Shown here: piece after piece, positions 1 through 15,000 of the stretch
How positions within the stretch are numbered: position 1 is the first letter of the stretch
Layout: each line of letters opens with the position of its first letter
Translations under genes and position numbers: made by a program
NCBI GenBank assembly: GCA_029261035.1
Contig: JAJDCD010000025.1
Coordinates: forward strand, 2,926 to 66,925
DNA length: 64,000 nt
Reading direction: 5' to 3'
Source of the DNA: Candidatus Omnitrophota bacterium
GTDB taxonomy: Bacteria > Omnitrophota > Omnitrophia > Omnitrophales > JACROU01
The notes under the pieces: model-generated
The model's input: the letters and a program-made list of their open reading frames with translations, nothing else
What the model was told of the DNA's origin: nothing
Databases searched by the model: none

Positions 1-3000
1 ATAATGCGATTGTCTTACCTGCAACACCTGTCCCTCCAATAGAATCAAGTAAGGTCCCTGTAATATCTCCTACAAACAACCAATTGGTATTATTTCCACC
101 ATTAGTACTTGCAGCGTCCGTTGCTTGAATTGCTGTAGCATTAATATTATTACTATCCGTAACTGAAACAGCTAAAATATTTCGAGTTCCTTGAGGATCA
201 ATTCTCCATTGAGTTCCAGGATTATCACTCACAAGAAGTAAGCGGTTGGCTGCATTTTGACCATGGAGTAATAAATCATTCGCAATAACAACCGTTCCAT
301 TATTAGCAGCGAAAGTTAATGTATCACCCGTAGCAGAATCATCATTGGTTAAATCAAAGAAAGTTGTATTTCCTGAAGGAAGTGGTGTAATCGTTTGAAG
401 GGTTCCGTCTAAAATCACTTCTCCGTTATTATGATTAAACGTAGCGTTGGTTCCATGAGTAAAATCCCCACCTACATTTAATGTTGAAGAAGGTGATGTG
501 AAAATTCCATCGGTTAATGTTAAGTCACCATTAACGTCTAAAGCAACGGTTGAAGTGAAAGTATCCTCTGTTCCGTTAGCATCATTGATTAATAAATCAT
601 TATAAGCTGTGGAAACGTTATTAATATTATGCGTTGTTCCACCATTAGTACCTACAAATTCGGTGGTTCCAGAATTTGTATCATAAGTTGTTATACTAAC
701 AGTTTCTCCACCTTGTAATCTAAACGTACCGCTATTATCAAGTACATTTGCTGTTAAGCTTTGCCCCTCAATGCTCACAACGGTATTAGAGCCAATAGAC
801 AATGTTCCGTTAATTGTCGTTGCACCTGCTTGTAGTGTAGCTAATACAGCACTGGTAAATGTTAAGTTACCCAAAGCTGTTGTACCCCCAACAGCACCTC
901 CTAAAGTAACATTTCCAGTTGTACCTCCATAAACATGTAAGTTCTCAGCACTTCCACCAGCAGTACCATCTGTTGTTCCAGTTATTGTAATGTTAGCACC
1001 TGCAGGACTACCACCCGAATTTGTTGTGTCTAAAGAAATACTTAATCCCTCACCAAGTTCAACACTATCACTGATTGTGATAGCAACTCCTGAAGTAACG
1101 ATATCAGCATTTAAAACGGTTGTAGCTCCTGGGCCATCAATGGTTACGGCACCTGTACTAGTCAATTGCCCATCAATAATAATACTTCCACCAGGTTGTG
1201 GGGATCGAATCGTAATAGGGTCATTAAAACTAGTCGCATCCATTGTAATAGTTCCACTACCATCACTGCGACCAATCGTTATAGATGAAAAACCATCTTG
1301 AAGAGCTGTAATATCTGCTGTAGATAATTGTAAAGTCCCTGCCGCTCCACCAATTCCAATAGAAGTAGAAGTAGAAGCTGGTTGAAGAATCAAAGCACCC
1401 GTTCCTGTAACTGAGTTAGCCCCGCCAGTAAAATTAATTCCGTCTCCTGTTAAAGTCAATGTGTTAGTACCTACAATAAGGTTTCCTGAAAAGATAATAG
1501 TCCCAGTTTCTGTGTTAACGGCAACATTATCTCCCAATGTAACATCTCCACTAAAACTAGAATTTTCATTACCTGTATCAATATTGGCTGATAAACTTAC
1601 AGGACCACCGCTTTCGGTGAAACCACCTTCAGCCCCTAAAGTAGATCCAACAGGAACCGTCAATGTTCCTGTATGCGTAATCGATATAGCTCCACCTGAA
1701 GCAGGCACTTGACCAAACTCAGTGAAAATAATATCCGTAATTCCAAGTCCTGTGACACCATCAAAATCACCATTAGATTGACCTATGACATATATCTCTC
1801 CAGTCGATTGAACTCCAATCTGTCCAAATATACTACTAGAATCCGTATCACCTAAAATTACAGACTCTACTGGAGCACCTCCGGTTAGCGCGTGTTCAGT
1901 TAATAAAAGGTGACTATTTGCCGCATCAATATTAGTTAAAACAAATAAACTTGCTCCAACAACTTTAATATCAACACCTTGATAAAACTCCGTACCATCA
2001 CCAAAAAGAGTTGTAAAATCTAATGTTGGAGGTGTTGGGCTGGCTTGAACAAGGTATTTCATTATTAATGTATCTGCACTACCACCACTTGCCGTTTGAC
2101 CATTAAAATCATCATCCGCATAACCCGTCACATAAATATCTTCAGAAGCATCCAAGGTAATAGCATAGCCTCCAACATCAGAGCCATTTCCATCTAAAAT
2201 TGTCCAAACAAGCGCTCCTGTGCTGTTATTAATCTCAACCAATAATAAATCGTAACCACCGCTGCCTGTTTGACCACCAATATCATTATCACTGTAACCA
2301 ACTGAAAAAACTCGATCGTTCGAATCAATAACTAAGTCAAGCAAAGAAACATCTTCTGTGGATGCTCCAGAATAATTAGCCACAAAACGCTCAACACCTG
2401 CACTAGTATAACTAGCTGCAATTCCGAAACCAAAGAAATCATCGTCATCATATGTAGTACCTACAACATAAACATTGCCGGATGAATCTAAATCAATTGC
2501 ATCAGCAAAACCGTATTCAACAGTACCGTCTAACCCATTAATGAGTCGAGTCCACTGAAGTGTTCCACTAGAGTTATACTTGGCTATCATAGCAACTTCA
2601 GAATCTTCCCCAGGAAAACCATTAGACATTGGAAGATCTACATCTGTCAGACCACCGATATATACATCCCCTGCTGCGTTTGCTACTACCGAATAAGCAG
2701 CTGTATAACTGCCATCCCCTAAAAGTCGAGTCCATTGAACAACACCCGAACTATTCATTTTTATAGTAAAAGCATCTATTCCACCAGAATTTGTTTCACC
2801 ATTCAAATCACCATCTGTAAATCCAGTAAGATAAATATTGTCAGAAGCATCAATGAAAATATCAAACCCTGATTCTTCAAATGCAGTTCCAAACAATTGC
2901 GTCAAAACCCTACCCAAACCAGCAGGTGATTGATCTACATCAACAGCACCATTAAAATCAATATTGTTAGCTGAAGAAATCACTAAAGCCTCTAGTGGAG

Positions 3001-6000
3001 TTATTCCACCAACAGCGCCATCAAATTGGACATTTCCTGTTCCAGCCGTAACAGTTAATGCTCTAAAACCATCAATAGTAGAAGTGAAGTGAACATTACC
3101 AATACCCGTATTTGTATTAAACGTAGAGTCTCTTAGCAATACAACTGTTCCCGTAAGCGTAATATTACTGTTAGTTGTACTATGAGAAGAGCCTGGATTA
3201 ATCGTTGTTGCTGTAATACTTTGAACTCCAGTTGTAGTTGTATCAGAAGTAAAGGTAGCTGTTGTAGCTGATGTAATGGTAAAACTTGCTGCGTCTAAAT
3301 TAGCATTAACGCTAACAGCTGAAGCATCGACAACATTAACAGCTGCAAGAGGTGTAGAACCACCCACAACTCCATTCAAACTAATATCTCCTGTACCTGA
3401 ATCTAATGTTAAATCAAACGCCCCATCTATTGTTCCATCAAACCCAATATCTCCTGCTCCAGAACCCGTATCAAAAGTAACATTTCCTAACAAGACCAAG
3501 CTACCAAAACTAGTAATATCGGAATCTGAAGTTGAAAAAGTTCCAGTATTAAATCGATTGGTATCTGCAAAGTATGATTGTGTTCCTGTCGTTGTGACAT
3601 CTCCACTAAACGTAACCTGGTTTACAGAAAATCCTGTATCAATACTTGCTGCTGTGACATCAGCACCAAAATCCACATTATTTGCTCCATTAAAACTGAA
3701 ACTAATGGCTCCTACTGGAGTAGTTCCACCAATTTCTCCTTGAAAATCTACATTACTAGAACCCCCTGCATCAATGGTTAAACTTTGAGCACCATCAATC
3801 GTTCCAGCAATAGTGATATCTGCACCTCCAGTAAAATTATCACTATCCAATGTAGTTGAAGCCCCTAAAACAACAGCTCCTGTTAACGTGATTGCTCCAC
3901 TATTAGTATCATGAGAACCATTAAGATTAATTGTGCTTCCTGTGATGTTTTGCAATCCTGTTGAAGTTACATTTCCAGCAAAGGTAACCGTTCCTGTTCC
4001 CGCATTGATAGTAAGGCTAGTAGAAGAGCCTCCAATTACATCTTGAAAATCAATATCTCCTCCGCCTGCTCCTGTCGTAATCGTTAATACTCCATCCAGT
4101 AAAATATTCAATGAACCGGAATTCATAGTAATATTACTGTTAGTTGTTTGGACGGTTCCACCATTAAAACTTACAGCAAATCCAGTAGCCGTGTAGGACT
4201 GAGCTCCCGTTGTAATCACACCTCCAACATTTGAAAATGAAGACGTGCTTACTGTAACACTCGTTAGAGGAGTAGTACCGCCGACAGCTCCCAACAGCTG
4301 AACGCTACTACCATTAGAAATGTCTAAACTAAAAGCACCATTAATAGGTTGGCTCAACGTTAAATCACCTGACCCCCCTGTAAGATCAAACGTTGTATTT
4401 CCCACCAGTGTTATAGCGCCAGCACCGTCAACACTGATATCTCCAAAATTAGAAGTGAAATTACCTGATAATTGGACAGCTGTTGGAGATCGATACAGTT
4501 GAGTGTCAAACAACCCTGTTGTTTCAAAATCACCCGTAACAATGATTGTCCCCTGAACGGAGCCCAAATTAATATTATCTGTTGTTGTAACATTACCGTT
4601 GATTGTTACATCATTGTGCAAACTATTAAATGATAAAGCTCCAATAGGTGTCACATTACCAATATTTCCTGTTATCGTAACATCAGCTCCTGGCCCATTC
4701 GTAAATGTTAAATTAGATGCTCCATTAATGTCTCCATTAATCACAACGTTATAGTAGGTACCAGAACCAATATCACTAAAAGTAGTTGGTCCCACAAGCG
4801 TGATATTTCCATTGTATGTGTACGTTGCATTGGTTGTAGAACTCAAAATAGTTGTTGGAAGAATAATGGTAGTTGCTGTTACTGTTGGATTTCCTGTAAA
4901 TGTTGAAAAACCTTGAAAATCTACTTCGTTAGCACTAATAACATTCAAGCTATTAATAGTAAAGTTTCCTTGGAATTCAACATTACCGGTTCCTGCTGTA
5001 ATTGTAATATCTTCTAAGCCAGAAATTTGATCTCTAAAAATGACATCTCCGCCACCAGTCGTAAAAGAAACCGCTCCTTCTAAATGAATTCCTCCAATAC
5101 CTGGGGCTGTGTAATCAACATTTCCTCCGGAAGTAGTTACTGCTGCGTAGATATCAAAGGTATCTGAATCAATTGTTTGATTTCCTGTTGTTTCAACATT
5201 AATACTTGTAGGAGAACCAACAGTTCCGCCAAACATACGAACATTATCTGCATTATTAACGGTGAGACTTGCTAGTGGTGTTGTTCCACCAATTTCACCC
5301 TTAAACTCAACATCGGAATTACTATTCAAATTAACTGTAAGATCAAAAGCACCATCAATAGTTTGGTCAAAAACAACACTGCCTGCGCTGGTGGATCCAG
5401 CATCAAACACAGCATTTCCTAGTAACGTAACCATTCCACTAAAATCAATCGTTCCACTTTCTGAAGTGTAAGTACCTGCAGAAACATTGGCTGCCGCCGC
5501 AGTAATAAACATAGAACCTGATGTTGTAATACTGTCTGTTAAATTAGTAACGGAAGAAGAGGTAATATTTAACTGCCCTGGAGCTGTTGATGCACCAATA
5601 ACTCCATTCAATGTGATTACTCCTGTATTGGTACCAGCACTCAGTGTTAAACCTGCTGAAGCACCACCATTAATTGTTCCATTAATCGTTATGTTTCCAT
5701 CAGTTGCTCCACCACCCATACTTAAAATAACAAAAGTAGATGCAGGCAGTTGAACATTAGCATTAATAACAATATCTGCTTCGTCTGTAGTAATACTATT
5801 ATTTAAGTTTATTGTTCCATCTGAGGTTAATGTGATGGATGCATCATCTGAGCTTGTGATCGCAGCATTACCTGTTATTGATCCACCTGAAACAGGAGCT
5901 CTTAATAAGAAAGGATCACTCACAGAAAAAGAACCGTAAGTAATTGCATGTGTTCCATCACTTCTTCCAATTGTAATGGATAAAAACCCATCTTGAAGAA

Positions 6001-9000
6001 ATGCTATTTCGGCTGTAGTCAAATTGAATGTCGCTACTCCACCATCATTGATACCAATAGAAGTTCCAGCGCTAGCAGGTTGTAAAACTAAAGCTCCAGT
6101 TCCAGAAAGATTACCGCCAAGAGCAAGTCCATCGGCTGTAATCGTCATATCACCGCTACCAATAGCAATAGCGAAGGTAGTTGCTATAGTGCCTGTTGTA
6201 GAAGTTAAATCAAGGTTAGCTGTTCCACTCACAACAATCCCTGCTTCTCCATCCACAATCCCTACAGTAAATCCGTCAGAATCAGTAAAACTAAAAGAGT
6301 TGTTCGGGTCATTTATTTCTGCTGCTAAGGCATCCACATCATTAGCTTCGGTAAATGCTACAGTATTATCTGTAGTAATACGCAAAGCATCGACTGTAAC
6401 CGTTGACCCTGCTGTTTGTGTAACAGAATGTCCAGAAGTATTAATCAATGATAATACATCCACATTAGGAGGACTAATCGCTCCACGTACGGTAATATTA
6501 ATTGGATGAAAAACTGATCCTATTCTCAGTATAGGGGTTGTAATTGTGCTTAACTCACTATTATCAAGACTTAATTCACCCGCTTGTTCTAAACCTAAAG
6601 AAATATCTCTAGTTCCTGTAGTAGGAGTAATCTCAACAATGGCTCCTGGTGTTGTTGCTACTGTGTTAGCAGCTAACGACATAATATCAGCTATATAACT
6701 TACACCACCGCCACCCGTAATCGTTTTTGTAGCAGTTGTATTAATCGTTCCATTACTCCCTGCTTGAGATCGAATAAAGACTGTTCCTGTTCCAGCATTT
6801 ATATCTTCATTAACGGTAATAGTTCCTAGAAAACTATTAATGGTAATATTTCCATTATTTGTTGTAATACCACTAACTCCATCAACTGTGCCAATAGTAA
6901 TAAAATTATTATCATCAAATCTAAATTGTCCACTTGCTCCTGTAACATTACCAGCAATTGTTCCAATTTGGTTTTCATCCAATGTTGCTTCTGTTAAGTT
7001 CACGCTCGTCACAGCAGTGGCTCTTAAATTAGTTGCTGTAAGAATAGTGCTAGAACTTTGAGTAATTTGCCCACCAGAAACAAGAACTAACGTTGCTGCT
7101 GGAGAACTAAAATCATTATTAATAATAATATTTCCAGTTCCTTGAGATTCAAAAGACACTGTTGGAGCACTTAATCGAGAGGCTTTTGTGTTATCAAAAC
7201 TAACATCTCCTCCAAAAGTATTTCCCAAAGCAACACTTCCATCAACGCTTGATGGACGTATGGTTATTTTTCCATCACTTCGAATACTAGGAAGACCATT
7301 TAAATTATAATCATCAGCAACAATAGTAATGTCATCAGAACCGATTGTATTCGTAATTTCCATTAAGGAATCAACTGTAATTGTTGAGGTAGGCGCTCCA
7401 ATAGGAAAACTAATATTAATGGCACCTGCTCGGCCATTAAGATCTTGGCTGACCGTCAAAGTACCCGTATCAAGATCAATCGTAACCCCTTCAGCCGAAA
7501 TACCATTAATAGAATTAACGGTATCAACAGTAAGACTATTCGTATCTTTAAACGTTAACCCACCGGTAAAAATACTAGTAGCTAATGTATCTATATCATT
7601 ATCTTCTTGTAAGGTTGCTCCAAAAGATGAAATAGACAGATCATCCACTGTAATAACAGCTCCTGCATTTTGAGTAATCACACCTGTTTGTGATTCCAAA
7701 TTAGCTACAGCACCACTGCCGCCGCTACTAATTCCTGTAACCCCATCCACAATTCCAATCGCATAATTATCGGTATCTCGATAAGTAAGCGTGCCACCCA
7801 AAGAAGCAGCAAAAACAGCCACATTATTACTTGAAGTATCTAAATCAATATTATTCGATGAAATCGCGGCCACTGCTAAGTTAGTTACAACAAAACTACC
7901 AGACCCACTTCGAGTAATACCTCCAGAACCTGAGGAAAGAGAAAGTGTGGATACATTGGCCGGGGTAATAGCCAAATTAATATCAATAGACTGATTACCT
8001 GTAATTCTTAAAATATCTGCCGTAATCGTATCGATTTCTGCATCAGATAAAGCTAAAGTAGATCCAGAGCTACCTAATGTAATATCTCTAGAAGTACTAT
8101 TGGCATCAAGAATAGCAATTCCACCCGTTGCAAGTGTCGTACTAGAGGTGCTAATAGCCATATCATCTGCTGAATAAGTAACACCTCCACTACCACCGTT
8201 CACACTCGCAGTTCCATTTAGATTAAATGTATCTGTAGTAAGACTAACTCCACCACTACCACTGATTGTAATTCCTGTGCTAACTTCTATAATATCCGTT
8301 CCACCCGAAGATTGAAGTGTGACGGTTCCTGTTCCTGCAGTTACATTTTGACCAACCGTTATTGTTCCCGTTGCATCTATTTGGATATCTGCATTATTTA
8401 CAGACACTCCATTAACGCCTCCTAAACTTCCTATAACTAAATCATCTACCTCAACTATATTCAGATCTCCTCCAGCAGCCATCACACGAGCGGCCAATGT
8501 AGGAACATCTGTTTCAATAGCATCCAAACTACCTATCGAAGATTCTCCATCTAACAGAAGAATTCCTGTGCCAGAAATTGCTACATTATTAATTACTCCA
8601 TTAGAGTCACTTATAGAACCTGCAGAAATTAAAGAAAAGTTTTTATTCGTAGCCATGGTAACTAAATGTAAATTTGTATTTCCCGCACGAACAACTAAAT
8701 CATAACCTTCTGAAGATAAATTAGTATCACGGATATCTCCTCCCCCAGAACCAGCCGCTACACCAATAGTAACGGTACCTGTCGAAGCCAAAAGTGTCGT
8801 TAACTCACCCGTATCTAAATTAAAATTACCACTTCCTCCACTGAGAGCCACACCAATATTACCTACGGATGGTTCAAAGTTAACATCTCCTGAACCACTA
8901 TTGATAACTAAATTAAAATTATCAATGCGTGCCGCAATAAGAGTAATCGTAGTATTGTTTGAAGTAATGGTTGCCCCTGAAGTCAAAGCTGAAAATGCTC

Positions 9001-12000
9001 CAGCTCCACTATTATCACTATCAACATCAAAAGTGATTGTTCCCGTCCCCGTGGTACTAATGTCTGCTAATCCGCTATTCATTGAACTCCCATTAGGAGA
9101 ATTAATGGATATATTTCCATTTACTGCTGTAACAGGTCGTGTAATATTAACTATAGCCGTTGACACTCCTGTTCCTGCATTCATCGTAATATCACCGGTA
9201 CCTACAGTTGAAGTTGTTCCAGCAACTGATAAAGTAATTGCATCTCCTGCATTAAAAGTAATAGAACCATTACCACCACTAGCAGTTACATTTGCTTGAA
9301 TTGTTAAGTCATCTGTTGCAGCAGTTCCAGAAGCCGTGAGAACAATATTACCACCACCGGTATCCACAACATCTTTGGTAATAGTTAATGGACTTAAGGT
9401 TACAATTGAAATTCCACCACCATTTGTGAGAACACCAATCGTTCCACTCACTGTATCAACGATCATGCCACCCGCAGTATCCGTAATATCAATCCCTCCA
9501 GATCCTGTGTTAGCAATTGCTATATTAGTTACATTCACATCCACATTAACTGTAGTAGCCGTATTCATGGATAGGTTCGTTACTGTTAGATCAACGGTTC
9601 CGTCCCCAGCGCCTTCTTCAACAACACCTGCTCCAGAAACTAAATTTAATGTAGAAACATTAGATAAAACCAAAGAATCAACTCTGAGGTCTGCTGTACC
9701 CGTATTACCGATGGTAAGGCTTGTTGCCGTAATTTGATCTAATTGAACTTCAGAGAAAGTTAAATCCCCGGTTCCTCCACCCAAACCAATTGTTCCACCC
9801 GTCGTTGATGGTTCTAAAGTCACATTTCCAGAAGTAAAACTAAGAGTACTATTTAATGTAATCGTATCAGAAATTATTGTGGAATCTCCTGTTTGTGAAG
9901 ATAAGCTTCCAGTAGGATCTAAAACAAAAGAACCTACTCCATTATTGTCAGAATCTGCATCAAAAGTTAAATTACCGGCATCTGTTGTTGATACAACATC
10001 ACTAATTGTTATTCCATTATTCGCAGTGAATGACATATTAGAAGTTCCATCAGAAGAAGAAACACCACCTTCTCCCGCTATTATGCCAATGGACCCGCCA
10101 ATACTAACAAGATGAACATCTGCATTCGTTGATCCTTCATCAATTTCTGCTATCGTAACATTGCCTCCAGCAGAAATAGTCAACGCTTCATCCGATGTAC
10201 TCGTATGACTAATTCTTGTACCGGCTCCCATCGTAAAAACACCTGCCGTTGCTGTGATTTGGGTAGACAAAGGTCCAGAAGCTTGAATCAAAGCACTATT
10301 ACCAACAATAATATCTGTTCCTGCAGTTAATATAAGGTCGCCTGTAGAAGAATTAAAATAACTAACAGAAGCATTAATATTTAAATTACCTGACGTAGCA
10401 ACCAAACTAACTCCTAAAGCATCATTTCCTCCATTTGCAGCTGCCTCTATCGTTAAATTACCGGATGTCGTCACATGTAAACCTCCACTTGAAGATAGGC
10501 CTGAAAATCCTAAACCACCGGGGTCTGCAATAATCGTTAAATCACCTGTATTATCAATACTAATCGTATTACCTGCTATTTGAGTTCTTCCAATAATGCG
10601 TTGTATTTGAGTTTCTATTCGATCTGCTTCTGTTCCAAACTTTGTTGTGTTATCAATTACCAGAAGCCCATTCGATCCTGCAATTTGAACATTGTTTAAA
10701 GGGCCATTACCATCTACAATTCCTGTCCCTGTGCTATCCATATCAATAGTTAGTATTTTATCTGTGTTTAAAATAACTTCATTGATAGTGCCTGAGGTTC
10801 CTCTAACCGTTAAATTATAATCCTCACCACTTAAGTCCACATCTCCAAGAAGAATATTAGCTGCAAACCCGCCATTTCCAATAATCAATGTTCCCGTTGT
10901 TGCAAATACATCCAGTTCTGCTTGAGATAAATTAACTGAATTAAATTGTATTGATCCTAATCCATAGCCAATGCCAGAAATAGAAGCCGTAACAGTAATA
11001 TCAGCTGCATCTGCAGTTATTGTTCCTGAAATCGTTACATCATCTGCTCTGATTAATATACCGCCAGAAGCAGAAATAATAGAACCTGCATTATTTTGAT
11101 TAAAATTTCCTGTTCCATTAAAATCACTGTCTGAAAGAAGAGATAAAGCACCTGATGTGGTAACATCAGCGCTTGCTCCATTAAAGGTAATATCTGTTCT
11201 GGAATTAATTGTTATTTGCCCACCATCCGTCGTTAATGGTTGATTGATAAAAACGTCTTGAGAAGCTCCATTCTGAGAAATGGTTAACGTTCCCCCTCCT
11301 ACAACACTAACGCCATCAACACCTCCAACACTACCTATCTCTATATCACCTGTAGAAGTTGGAGTACTTATTGAAACATTTCCTGAAGTCGTAGTACGAG
11401 CTGCTACACTTTCAGTGAAAATATTGGATGGAAACTGAACACCAGAAGCAACACCGGTTACCGCATCAAAAAGAACCCCTCCACTTTGACCTAATGCAAC
11501 ATAGCCCACACCTGCAATATTAGCTGTAGAAATAAGTTGAAGAAATTGATCTGTTCCTAAAGTTATAATTTCTAAACTAACAGGACCTACTTCAATAAGC
11601 CCGCCTCGAATAACTACATCATAGAACTCTGTTGAAAAATTAATCGCCTGTATATCTACCGCCCCGGTTCCTGTAGAAATACCAATTGTTAATGTTCCTG
11701 AAGCGGTAATTTGAGTTGTTAGATCTGCTGTTGACAAACTAAAATCGCCTGCAGCTCCATCGGCAACAGCAATCGTTCTTGTATCCGTTGATGGTTGCAA
11801 TATCACATTACCCGAACCCACACTAATCGTACCCGTCAATGAAACATCTGCGGCTGTAATCGTAACGTTATTATTTGATAAGGTAATGGCGGCACCTGCA
11901 TCATCTAAAGTAAAATCACCTGTTGCGTCATCATTACTGTCTGCATCCGCTGTAAAAACTCCACCTGACGCAGTTACATCAGCTCCTGCATTTGTTAACG

Positions 12001-15000
12001 TAATTCCATCAACAGCAGTCAAGAAAACACTTCCATTCCCGGCATCTAAAAGAGCTGAAACAGTAAGAGCACTTGTTCCAGTTGCTGCTGTTAAGAATAT
12101 ATCTCCTGTTCCTGGTGAATTTAACGCTTGAAGGACACTAAGATTCCCATCAGCATCTACTTGGATAGAACTATTTCCAACTGCTGTAATTCCTGAAACA
12201 CCGTCAACTGTTGTAATGGTTAAATCATCAGAATCTCTAAAGGTAATAATTCCATCAAATGTAGAAACAGCTGCAAAGTCATCAGCATCATTACTTGTTT
12301 GAAATAAACTAATATTCTGTGCTGCTCGAGCGACAATACTTCCTCCTTGAACAGCTCCTCCAGTTTGACTAACACCTCCAATTCCACCTCCCCCACCATT
12401 ATCTGCAGTAATCCGAATCAATCCACTCGTACTAACCGTTCCTGAATTTATAATTACATTATCTCCAGCAAAAAGTTCAATCGTACCCCCCCCCGTACTT
12501 GCAACATTTGCTGCAATTGTTAAATGATCATCTCCGCCACCGTCCCCTGTAGCTGTCAAATTAATAGCTCCGGCTACTGAAATTGCAGAATTTACCGTTA
12601 ATGGCGAAGAAGCTGCAATGGCAATATCCCCAGATGTATTTACAGTAATACCCGTCTCAAAAGCAACAGTTGAAAGGGTTAAAGCCCCCGTATTAGAAAC
12701 AAAAACTCCTACAGTATCTGTTGTAGCTGAAAAATTTGAAACAGCTGTCAAAATAGGAGTTCCGGATAAACCAATCCCATCATCCACATCTATTTCTAAA
12801 CTTTCAACAGTAATAGTAAAAGCTCCACTACGAACAATATCTGCACTTCCACCTATTCTTAATGCGGATGCATTGGCAGGGTTAATATTATCGCTAATCG
12901 TAATTGTTCCTGAGTTAGCAGAATCAATTTGAATTCGAGTTGCTACTGTTATCGTATCTAGTTCCGCATCCGTCAAACCTAGCACGCCTAAAGCATCTGC
13001 CCCTCCCAAATTAACTTGAAGGCTTCCTGTAGGCGAAAGTAAACTAGCAATTCCTGCCGTAGACGTAGTTGTTCCAATTAAACTCATTCTATCTGCATTG
13101 TAGGTTATATTTGTAGCTGCTCTCAAATTTCCAGCAATGGTTAAAGTTCTATTGCTCAAAAAGGCTTCAAGCTGTACATTACCCGTAGTTGCTTCAACAT
13201 CATTGGTTGCAGCCGTATCCAATACTTGCAAATCACCATTAGCAAACACACCTACATTAGCCGTAGCAAGAACACCATTAACACCATCCACAGTTCCAAT
13301 ATTTAAATTAGCATTATTTCTAAATCTAAAAAATGCCCCTAATTTTGTAACAACACCCGCTAAAGTTCCCACTGTATTATCAATGTTGTTATCTAAATCT
13401 GCAGTTCCTGCAGATCGAATCACAAGTGTAGAAGCACTAATAACACCATTCGTTTGAGTCACTACTCCATCTTCTTGCGCAGTTCCCCCATTGTTAGCTG
13501 TAATTCTTACTAACCCACCGGAAGTTGTTATCGATCCAGTCGTATTGATAATGACATCATCTCCCGCCAATAATGAAATAGTTCCTCCCGTGGTACTCGT
13601 GACAGATGCCGCACTAGAAATAGTTAAATGGTCATCATCCCCACCATCATTTACTGCTTCTAAAGTAATTGCGCCAGGTCCAGAAACCGTTTCTGTAACA
13701 TTTAAAGGACTAGAAGCTACAATTTGAATGTCACCACCCGTTGTTGAAACTCCTGTAGTTGCTCCAATACCCCCTATTGTTAATTGACCCGTGTTACTGA
13801 TAAAGATTCCACTCGTGGCACTTCCGACTTCTAAATTACTTGCTGTCGTATTCAAAACTGTTCCTACAGTTCCAACTCCACCACCCGCTGTCGTCAAAAC
13901 AATGTTACTTGCTGTTAACGAAGTAGAAACACCCCCCGTAAGACTTCCTCCTGTGGAAGATAGAGTTAGAGTTCCAGCTCCTGCATTTATGGTTCCAGGA
14001 ACAATAGAAAATGCAGTAATACTAATATTTCCAGAAGTCGTATTAACAATTCCTAAATTATTAAACGAACCCACCATGGTGACCGTTTGATTATTAACAT
14101 TAAAAGTTCCTGAAGAAATGGTTAAGTTTCCATTTAAATTGAGGGCTCCTGCAAGTTGCAACGTTGAAGTCCCTGCGTAAATCAAATTATTAAAGGTACT
14201 ACCCCCCACTTCTAATGTTTGGGAAGAAGCCCCTGTTAATTGAAAAGTACCGCTACCAGGATTGAAGGTACCACTATTATTTAAATTACCTTTTAATGCC
14301 AAAGTTCCTGAATTCGATGCCGTAAAGGATCCTCCTGCATTAATGTTTAAATCGCCATTGATGGTGATGTTTGGATTAAAATTAGTTGCTGTTACATTCA
14401 TTCCAGCACCTACAGTCAGGTTGCCGTTGACTGTTAATGTTTGACCTCCTGCTGTACCCAGACGAATTTCTTTTGTTCCTAAATCAACCTTGATGATCTT
14501 AGCAATATTACTATAGCTTCCAAAGTAAGCGACTCCATTAGCAACATCAATTTCTGCTGTTTGTAAAAATTGTTCCGAACTCTGCAAATTAATAGCTCCT
14601 ACTCGAGTTAGATCAGAAAGTTGAACCTTAACAATATTAGCACCGCCGGAATTCATTCCGACATAACCAAATCCGGAAGCCACATCAATAACGAATGAAT
14701 GAGGGTTATTTTCATCTCCACCAAAATTCAAAGTAAGTTCATCAACTTGTGTAAAAGTGGACAAATCAATTTTGGCTAATTTGCCAGGGCTAGATGACTG
14801 GGCTGCTGTATAAAGAAAACCATTCGTGGTGTCAATGGCTGAAGATCTAACTTGATTATGTCCTGAAGTTAAGGTGATTGCAGAATCCCGCGTAAACGTA
14901 CTTAGATTAATTTTAACAACCACAGATGGATTTGCTTGTCCAAAAAAGTAAGCAAACCCATTAACCGTATCAATCTCTGCATTTCTAAATTGATTTTCAC

